Positions 19,105 through 25,657 of a DNA stretch of 32,000 bases are shown piece by piece. The stretch covers positions 2,940,001-2,972,000 of the forward strand of contig NZ_LN831024.1 of assembly GCF_001457615.1 (NCBI RefSeq). Reading direction: 5' to 3'. A model generated the notes under the pieces. The model saw only the letters and a program-made list of their open reading frames with translations, ran no database searches and had not been told where the DNA came from. This DNA is from Pseudomonas aeruginosa (lineage in GTDB: Bacteria > Pseudomonadota > Gammaproteobacteria > Pseudomonadales > Pseudomonadaceae). Made by a program: the position numbers and the translations under genes. Numbering within the stretch: position 1 is the stretch's first letter; every line of letters begins with the position of its first letter.

Positions 19105-19350
19105 ATGGCCTACCGACCCCAGGACATCTTCTTCCGCAGCAGCGCCCCGGTGACCATCGACGAAGACCGCTGCATCGCCGACAAGGGCTGCACCGTCTGC
19201 GTCGAGGTCTGCCCGATGGACCTGCTGGCCATCGATCCGACGACCCGCAAGGCCTACATGGCCTACGACGAGTGCTGGTACTGCATGCCTTGCGAAAAGG
19301 ACTGCCCGACCGGCGCGGTGAAGGTCGAGATTCCCTACCTGCTGCGCTGA
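19105..19350 (+). CDS. Small 2x[4Fe-4S] ferredoxin, adenylylsulfate reductase beta (AprB)-like
   Basis: 81 aa; CIADKGCTVCVEVCP (C-x5-C-x2-C-x3-C-P) and CWYCMPCEKDCP (C-x2-C-x2-C-x3-C-P), 'MDLLAIDPTTRKAYM...GAVKVEI' resembles AprB. Confidence 0.88.
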   Translation: MAYRPQDIFFRSSAPVTIDEDRCIADKGCTVCVEVCPMDLLAIDPTTRKAYMAYDECWYCMPCEKDCPTGAVKVEIPYLLR

Positions 19351-19484
19351 CGCCCGCTCCCGGCAAGCGAGGCAGAACCCGCCATCCGGCCACTCCCGGA
19401 CGCCACTCTGAAACACCCCTCGTTTCCCACCACCGTCCGGGTGGCGGAGACGATTCCCATGACCATGATTCGAGGGGAATCCCC

Positions 19485-20891
19485 ATGCGACTGCGTGCAA
19501 TCCTGGCCAGCCTGGCGCTGGCCCTGACTTCCCTGGGTGCCCAGGCGGAAACCATCCGCGTGGCCATCGGCACTCAGGACACCACCATCAACTGCGCCGC
19601 CGGCGGGCTGCTGATCCGCGAGCTGGGCCTGCTGGAGAAATACCTGCCGCGCGACGGCCGCTACAAGGATGCGGACTACCGGGTGGAGTGGAAGAACTTC
19701 ACCAGTGGCGCACCGCTGACCAACGAGATGGTCGCCGGCAAGCTCGACTTCGGCGCCATGGCCGACTTTCCCGGCACCTTCAACGGTGTGGCCTTCGCCG
19801 CCGCCGGCAAGCGCAGCCTGTTCATCAGCGTGCTGTCCGGCAGCACCCGTGGCAGCGGCAACGGCATCGTGGTACCGAGCGGCTCGCCGGTGCAGTCGCT
19901 GGCCGAACTGAAAGGCCAGACCATCTCCGTACCGTTCGCCTCCACTGCCCATGGCATGCTGCTGCGCGCGGTGGCGGCGCAAGGCTGGGACCCGCAGCGC
20001 GACGTGACCATCATCGCCCAGCCGCCGGAAATCGCCGGTTCGGCCTTGCAGGCGAACAAGATTGCCGCCCATGCCGACTTCGTACCCTTCGCCGAGCTGT
20101 TCCCCAATCGCGGCTTCGCCCGCAAGATCTACGACGGTTCCCAGGCCAACGCGCCGACCTTCCATGGCGCGCTGGTGGACGCCGCCTACGCCGAGCGCTA
20201 TCCGGAGGTGGTGGTGGCCTACCTGCGGGCGAGCATCGAAGCCAATCGACTGCTGGCCGCCGAACCGGAGAAATACAGCGAGCTGATCGAGAAGGTCACC
20301 GGCATCGAGGCCGAGGTCAATTACCTGTTCCACGGTCCGCTCGGCCTGCAGACCCGCGACCAGGCCTGGAAACCCGAATACCGCCAGGCGCTGGCGACCT
20401 CCATCGACACCCTGAAGCTGCTGAAGAAGGCCGACCGTGGGCTGGACGTCGAGCGTTTCGTCGACGACCGCTACATCCGCGAGGCCTACCGTCAGGCCGG
20501 GCTGGACTACCAGGCGGCGCTGGCAGACTACGCACCGTCGCCGCTGCGCGCCAGCGACGCGCGCAGCGGCCGGCCGATCGAGGAGTTCGAACGGGTAGCG
20601 CAGATCTGGGTGAAGGGCGAGGCCAGGGTGCGCCATTACGCTTCGCCGGAGTCGGCCCTGGCCGATCTTGCCGAGCTGAAGGCGCAGGGCAAGGCGATTC
20701 GTGCGATCTACGCCCAGGATCGTGACAGCGGGATCAAGCTGCTGGCCAACCAGGCGTGGTTCGTCCGCGACGGCGAGGGTCGCCTCAACGCCTTCCTGCT
20801 CCGCGAGCAGGCCCAGGACTATGCCCGCCGCCATGGCGGCGAGGTACGCGACTTTGCCGCCGCCAGCCAGCAGGCGCTGGCGCTCCGCTGA
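19485..20891 (+). CDS. Periplasmic substrate-binding protein of a sulfonate/nitrate-type ABC transporter, with C-terminal extension
   Basis: 468 aa; signal peptide MRLRAILASLALALTSLGAQA; SsuA/TauA-like core (TIRVAIGTQDTTINCAAGGLLIRELGLLEKYLP...). Roughly the last 100 aa extend beyond a typical binding protein. Confidence 0.85.
   Translation: MRLRAILASLALALTSLGAQAETIRVAIGTQDTTINCAAGGLLIRELGLLEKYLPRDGRYKDADYRVEWKNFTSGAPLTNEMVAGKLDFGAMADFPGTFNGVAFAAAGKRSLFISVLSGSTRGSGNGIVVPSGSPVQSLAELKGQTISVPFASTAHGMLLRAVAAQGWDPQRDVTIIAQPPEIAGSALQANKIAAHADFVPFAELFPNRGFARKIYDGSQANAPTFHGALVDAAYAERYPEVVVAYLRASIEANRLLAAEPEKYSELIEKVTGIEAEVNYLFHGPLGLQTRDQAWKPEYRQALATSIDTLKLLKKADRGLDVERFVDDRYIREAYRQAGLDYQAALADYAPSPLRASDARSGRPIEEFERVAQIWVKGEARVRHYASPESALADLAELKAQGKAIRAIYAQDRDSGIKLLANQAWFVRDGEGRLNAFLLREQAQDYARRHGGEVRDFAAASQQALALR
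20576..20888 (+). other. Candidate NosL-like C-terminal domain within the substrate-binding protein
   Basis: IEEFERVAQIWVKGEARVRHYASPESALADLAELKAQGKAIRAIYAQDRDSGIKLLANQAWFVRDGEGRLNAFLLREQAQDYARRHGGEVRDFAAA; the end resembles NosL 'Af..k.dAeaFAkkhGGkV..F'. Based on pattern recognition only. Confidence 0.5.
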
Positions 20892-20915
20892 GGCGGGCGT
20901 CTTCGGAGTCCGCCC

Positions 20916-21713
20916 ATGAGTTCGCTTCCGATCTCCCGACCCTGGCGCTGGGCCACCCGCGCCGCTTCGCTGGCGGCCTGCCTGGCGTTCTGGCAGCTCG
21001 CCGCCGGTCTGCAACTGAATCTGGGCCTGGTGACCTTCGCCAACGTGCCGACGCCCGGTGCGGTGTTGCTGGCGGCCTGCAACCTGGCCCAGTCCAGCGT
21101 GCTCCTGGCGCACCTCGGCGCCAGTCTGGCGCGGGTCTTCGCCGGCTATCTGCTGGCCGCCGCGCTGGGCATCGCCCTCGGCCTGGCGATCGGCCGCTCG
21201 GCCTGGGCCGAGGCCTTGCTGCTGCCGCCGCTGGAAGTGCTGCGGCCGATCCCGGCGGTGGCCTGGATTCCCCTGGCGATCCTGATGTTCCCTTCGTCGG
21301 AGGCCTCGATGATCTTCATTACCTTCACCGGCGCGCTGTTCCCGATCCTGCTCAATACCGTGCATGGCGTGGAGGCGCTCGATCCGCGCCTGCTGGCTTC
21401 GGCGCGCAGCCTGGGGGCGGGGCGCCGGGCGCTGCTGCGCGAGGTGCTGCTGCCCGGCGCCGGACCGGGCATCTTCACCGGCCTGGCGATCGGCATGGGC
21501 ACCTCCTGGTTCTGCCTGGTGACCGCCGAGATGATCTCCGGGCAATGGGGACTGGGTTACTACACCTGGGCTTCCTACAACATCCAGAACTACGACGAGG
21601 TGGTGGTCGGCATGCTGCTCATCGGCCTCTTCGGCATGGGCAGTAGTGGGTTGGTGAAGCGCGTCGGCGCGTCGCTGACGCCCTGGTACGCGGCGGGAGG
21701 CAAGGTCCGATGA
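20916..21713 (+). CDS. ABC transporter permease (SsuC/TauC type)
   Basis: 265 aa; 'AWIPLAILMFPSSEASMIFITFTGALFPILLNTVHGVEALDPRLLASARSLGAGRRALLREVLLPGAGPGIFTGLAIGMGTSW'. Confidence 0.93.
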   Translation: MSSLPISRPWRWATRAASLAACLAFWQLAAGLQLNLGLVTFANVPTPGAVLLAACNLAQSSVLLAHLGASLARVFAGYLLAAALGIALGLAIGRSAWAEALLLPPLEVLRPIPAVAWIPLAILMFPSSEASMIFITFTGALFPILLNTVHGVEALDPRLLASARSLGAGRRALLREVLLPGAGPGIFTGLAIGMGTSWFCLVTAEMISGQWGLGYYTWASYNIQNYDEVVVGMLLIGLFGMGSSGLVKRVGASLTPWYAAGGKVR

Positions 21714-22564
21714 CGACGGCCGGCAACAGCCTGGGGCGCATCCAGATCCGCGACCTGAGCATCCGCCTGGGGCAGGGGAGCGAAGCCTTCGAGGCGGTCC
21801 GCGATCTGAGCCTGGAGGCGCGGCCGGGCGAGTTCGTCTGCCTGCTCGGGCCTTCGGGATGCGGCAAGTCGACCCTGCTCGGCGCCCTGGCCGGCCACCT
21901 GCGGCCAAGCGCCGGCAGCGTGAGGGTCGACGGCCGGAGCGTGGAAGGACCTTCGCCGCAGCGTGGCATGGTATTCCAGCAGCACACCCTGTTCCCCTGG
22001 CGGCGGGTCCGCGACAACGTCGCCTTCGGCCTGAAGATGCAGGGCCTGGCCCGCGCCGAGCGCAACCGGCGCGCCATGGAGATGCTCGGACTGGTGGGGC
22101 TGGCGGACTTCGCCGGGCGCTGGCCCGGCCAACTGTCCGGGGGTATGCAGCAGCGCGTGGAGATCGCCCGGGTGCTGGTCAACCGGCCGCGCCTGCTGCT
22201 GATGGACGAGCCCTTCGGCGCCCTCGACGCGCAGACCCGGCTGAAGATGCAGACCTTGCTGCTGGACGTATGGGCGCGGGTCCGCACCACGGTGCTGTTC
22301 GTCACCCACGACATCGACGAGGCCCTGTACCTGGCGGACAGGGTGCTGGTGATGAGCCCCCGTCCGGGACGGATCATCGCCGACCTGGCGCTGGACTTCC
22401 CGCGCCCTCGCGACACCCGGCTGGTGACCAGCGCCGACTTCGTGCGCCTGAAACGCCACTGCCTGGAACTGCTCGACCACGACGACGGCCGCCAGTTGCC
22501 GCGCCTGACCCCGCTCGGCTTGCCGCCGGGCATCACCCCGGACCGACTGCGGATCGCCATATGA
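21710..22564 (+). CDS. ABC transporter ATP-binding protein (SsuB/TauB type)
   Basis: 284 aa; Walker A 'LLGPSGCGKSTLL', signature 'LSGGMQQRVEIAR', Walker B 'LLLMDEPFGALD', H-loop 'VTHDIDEA'. ATGA overlap with the permease gene. Confidence 0.97.
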   Translation: MTTAGNSLGRIQIRDLSIRLGQGSEAFEAVRDLSLEARPGEFVCLLGPSGCGKSTLLGALAGHLRPSAGSVRVDGRSVEGPSPQRGMVFQQHTLFPWRRVRDNVAFGLKMQGLARAERNRRAMEMLGLVGLADFAGRWPGQLSGGMQQRVEIARVLVNRPRLLLMDEPFGALDAQTRLKMQTLLLDVWARVRTTVLFVTHDIDEALYLADRVLVMSPRPGRIIADLALDFPRPRDTRLVTSADFVRLKRHCLELLDHDDGRQLPRLTPLGLPPGITPDRLRIAI

Positions 22565-23526
22565 CCTGTAAAAACGCCACCCTGCCCGAAATCCTCGAAC
22601 TGTCGCCGCGCCTGGAGGACGCCGACCCCGGCGTACGCCGCCTGGCGCTGATCGAACTGGCCGACCTGGAGCTGCCGGAGGCGCTGCCGTTGCTGATTGC
22701 GGCCCTGCGCGGCGATCCCGACCCCGGCGTGCGCGGCGAGGCCGCGCGCCTGCTGGAGGCCTGGGAGGAAGACGCGGTGGTCGATGCGCTCTGTGCGGCC
22801 CTGGCCGATCCGGTGCCGGCGGTGGCCGATGCCGCCGCGCAGAGCCTTGGCGAACTCAAGGAACCGGCCGTCGGGCGGCGCCTGCTGCCGTGGCTCGGGC
22901 ATGCCGATGCCTTCGTCCGCGCCAGCGTATTGCGTGCGTTGCGCGAACTGCGCCTGGAGGAGAGCGCCGTGCCGGCCCTGGCCGCCCTCGGCGATCCGCA
23001 GGCGGCGGTGCGCCGCGAGGCGGTGGCGGTACTCGGCTGGCTCCGCCACCAGCCGGCCCTGGCCGAACTGGCCAGGCTGGCCAGCGCCGATGTCGACCCG
23101 GAGGTACGCCGGGCGGCCACCGGCGCCCTCGGCCTGAGCCGCGAGGCGACGGTGCTGCCGGCGCTCTGCGCGGCGCTGGCGGACGCTCAATGGCAGGTTC
23201 GCGAAGAGGCGGCGACGACCCTTGGCAAGCTGGGCCGGGAGGAGGCCGGCGAGCCGCTGCTGAAGGCCCTGGCGGACGACTACTGGCAGGTCCGCCTGCG
23301 CGCCGCGCGGGCGCTCGGGCGCTTGCGCCACCGCCCGGCGCGGGAGGCGCTGGAAGCATTGCTCGGCCATCCCATCGGCAACCTGCGCAAGGAGGCCGCC
23401 CTGGCCCTCGGCGAACTGGCGGACCCGGCCTCGGCCCAGGCCTTGCGGGTCGCCGAAGGCGACGGCGATCCCGAGGTGCGCAAGGCGGTGCGCATCGCCC
23501 TGGCGCAACTGCGGATGCCGGCATGA
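22561..23526 (+). CDS. HEAT-repeat protein
   Basis: 321 aa, alpha-helical repeats such as 'LGDPQAAVRREAVAVLGWLRHQPALAELARLASADVDPEVRRAATGALG', 'ALADAQWQVREEAATTLGKLG', 'ALADDYWQVRLRAARALGRL'. ATGA overlap with the ATPase gene. Confidence 0.9.
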   Translation: MTCKNATLPEILELSPRLEDADPGVRRLALIELADLELPEALPLLIAALRGDPDPGVRGEAARLLEAWEEDAVVDALCAALADPVPAVADAAAQSLGELKEPAVGRRLLPWLGHADAFVRASVLRALRELRLEESAVPALAALGDPQAAVRREAVAVLGWLRHQPALAELARLASADVDPEVRRAATGALGLSREATVLPALCAALADAQWQVREEAATTLGKLGREEAGEPLLKALADDYWQVRLRAARALGRLRHRPAREALEALLGHPIGNLRKEAALALGELADPASAQALRVAEGDGDPEVRKAVRIALAQLRMPA

Positions 23527-23804
23527 CCCAGCCGCCGCTGCGCCTGCGCAATTCCGCCAGGGACGGCTGGCTGATGCTCGAATGGGCGGACGGCGCGGTC
23601 AGCCGGATCGACCATGCGCGCCTGCGCGCCGCCTGTCCCTGTGCGCAATGCCGGGCGCAGCGCCTGCGCGGACGGATCGTCGCGGCGGAGCAGGGCGTGC
23701 GCCTGCGCGATATCCGCCTGCAGGGCTACGGCGTGCAGTTGCTGTTCGACGATGGTCACGAGCGCGGTATCTACCCCTGGTCCTATCTGCGCGACGAACT
23801 CTGA
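23523..23804 (+). CDS. DUF971-family small protein (gamma-butyrobetaine-hydroxylase N-terminal-like)
   Basis: 93 aa: 'LRNSARDGWLMLEWADGAVSRIDHARLRAACPCAQCRAQRL...DIRLQGYGVQLLFDDGHERGIYPWSYLRDEL'. ATGA overlap with the HEAT gene. Confidence 0.85.
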   Translation: MTQPPLRLRNSARDGWLMLEWADGAVSRIDHARLRAACPCAQCRAQRLRGRIVAAEQGVRLRDIRLQGYGVQLLFDDGHERGIYPWSYLRDEL

Positions 23805-23970
23805 GGCGGGTATTGTTCCGCTCCCGGCAACAACGTGAAGCGTGTTCATGGGTTTCAGATTGTTGCCAATCCCTGCGTTGTCCCCGTCCCGCCACGGCCA
23901 CCACCCGGGTGACCCGCTCGGAGGCCCGCCGCCTGGCTTCGTTGTCGTTTCCGTAACACTGTTTTCCAGC

Positions 23971-23984
23971 CTGAAACGTTTCAG
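23971..23984. promoter_or_regulatory. Candidate LacI-family operator (Cra/FruR- or PtxS-like) upstream of the porin gene
   Basis: CTGAAACGTTTCAG, perfect 14-bp palindrome with the central CG typical of LacI/GalR-family operators, 162 bp before the proposed porin GTG. Confidence 0.5.
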
Positions 23985-24145
23985 CTTTACTTGCAAAGAC
24001 CTTATCATTCGCAAATTAACCATTGTTCTGCTTGGCTCAGATCATGAGTCCTCTTCATAAACCCTTGCTCCTTGCAAGGTTATCGAGGAAGTAGAGCGGT
24101 CGCTGCGTGCGGCCAGTCGATCATTCGCAACGAGGAAGCGTTCGC

Positions 24146-25504
24146 GTGAAATCCCATCTTCTCCGCCCGGCCCTGCGCCCCGTGGCCGGCGGCCTATTGT
24201 CCGCCTCCCTGCTGTGCAACGCGGTGCACGCCGCCGAGGCGTTCTCGCCGAACTCGAAATGGATGCTCGGCGACTGGGGCGGCAAGCGCACCGAGCTGCT
24301 GGAGAAGGGCTACGACTTCAAGCTGGAGTACGTCGGCGAGGCGGCGGCCAACCTCGATGGCGGCTATGACGACGACAAGACCGGACGCTATACCGACCAG
24401 TTCGCCCTGGGCGTGCACATGGATCTGGAGAAGATCCTCGGCTGGAAGGCTACCGAGTTCCAGTTCACCGTCACCGAGCGCAACGGCAAGAACCTTTCCA
24501 ACGACCGCATCGGCGACCCGCGTGCCGGGCACATCAGCTCGGTGCAGGAGGTCTGGGGCCGCGGGCAGACCTGGCGGCTGACCCAGCTGTGGCTCAAGCA
24601 GCAGTACTTCGACGGCGCGCTGGACGTGAAATTCGGCCGTTTCGGCGAGGGCGAGGACTTCAACAGCTTCCCCTGCGATTTCCAGAACCTGGCCTTCTGC
24701 GGCTCGCAGGTGGGCAACTGGGCGGGGAGCATCTGGTACAACTGGCCGGTCAGCCAGTGGGCGTTGCGGGTGAAGTACAACTTCGCGCCGGACTGGTACG
24801 TGCAGGTCGGCGCCTACGAGCAGAACCCGTCGAACCTGGAGACCGGCAACGGCTTCAAGATGAGCGGCAGCGGGACCAAGGGCGCGTTGCTGCCGGTGGA
24901 GCTGATCTGGCAGCCGAAGGTCGGCGCCGAGCAACTGCCGGGCGAGTACCGGCTGGGCTACTACTACAGCACGGCGAAGGCCGATGACGTCTACGACGAC
25001 GTCGACGGCCAGCCGCAGGGGCTGACCGGCAACGACTTCAAGTCGCGCGGCAGCAAGCATGGCTGGTGGGTGGTGGCGCAGCAGCAGGTCACTTCGCACA
25101 ACGGCGATGCCTCGCGCGGGTTGAGCCTGTTCGCCAACCTGACGGTCCACGACAAGGCGACCAACGTGGTGGACAACTACCAGCAGCTCGGGGTGGTCTA
25201 CAAGGGGCCGTTCGACGCGCGGCCGAAGGACGACATCGGCCTGGGCATCGCGCGCATCCATGTCAACGACGATGTGAAGAAGCGCCAGCGCCTGGTGAAC
25301 CAGGTGAACGGCATCGACGACTACGACAACCCGCTGTACCAGCCGCTGCAGGACACCGAGTACAACGCCGAGCTGTACTACGGGGTGCATGTGACCGACT
25401 GGCTGACGGTGCGGCCGAACCTGCAATACATCAAGCAGCCGGGCGGGGTCGACGAGGTCGACAACGCGCTGGTGGCGGGGATCAAGATCCAGACGGTGTT
25501 CTAG
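24146..25504 (+). CDS. OprB-family carbohydrate-selective (glucose) porin
   Basis: VKSHLLRPALRPVAGGLLSASLLCNAVHAAEAF... signal peptide; 'WMLGDWGGKRTELLEKGYDFKLEYVGEAAANLDGG' and 'NLQYIKQPGGVDEVDNALVAGIKIQTVF' at the C-terminus, an OprB-like beta-barrel. GTG 24146 has GAGGAAG 5' of it; the ORF track also permits 24107. Confidence 0.9.
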   Translation: MKSHLLRPALRPVAGGLLSASLLCNAVHAAEAFSPNSKWMLGDWGGKRTELLEKGYDFKLEYVGEAAANLDGGYDDDKTGRYTDQFALGVHMDLEKILGWKATEFQFTVTERNGKNLSNDRIGDPRAGHISSVQEVWGRGQTWRLTQLWLKQQYFDGALDVKFGRFGEGEDFNSFPCDFQNLAFCGSQVGNWAGSIWYNWPVSQWALRVKYNFAPDWYVQVGAYEQNPSNLETGNGFKMSGSGTKGALLPVELIWQPKVGAEQLPGEYRLGYYYSTAKADDVYDDVDGQPQGLTGNDFKSRGSKHGWWVVAQQQVTSHNGDASRGLSLFANLTVHDKATNVVDNYQQLGVVYKGPFDARPKDDIGLGIARIHVNDDVKKRQRLVNQVNGIDDYDNPLYQPLQDTEYNAELYYGVHVTDWLTVRPNLQYIKQPGGVDEVDNALVAGIKIQTVF

Positions 25505-25534
25505 GCTGTTGCTTCGGACAACCGCGATTCGGTC

Positions 25535-25549
25535 ATGGCCAGCGGCCAT
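25535..25549 (+). terminator. Weak candidate terminator after the porin gene
   Basis: ATGGCC-agc-GGCCAT followed by TTCTTC; short stem and 3-nt loop. Confidence 0.3.
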
Positions 25550-25657
25550 TTCTTCAGCGCCGCCCAACGCGGCGCGGCGGGCTGAACAGCCCGGCGTGCA
25601 GAACGTAATAGGAGAGTAAGCAATGCCTGTCATCAACCCCGAAGGGAGTACCGGACG

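Noticed and set aside
19335-21908. 857-aa minus-strand ORF opposite the ABC transporter genes
   Set aside because: GC-driven antisense frame, biased composition, plus-strand genes clearly supported.
23971-23984. HexR-type site for the glucose block
   Set aside because: The HexR consensus as I recall it (TTGT-N7/8-ACAA) is not matched by this palindrome; a LacI-type site is the better reading.
24194-25636. 480-aa minus-strand ORF opposite the OprB-type porin
   Set aside because: Shadow ORF; the porin frame has signal peptide and C-terminal barrel features.
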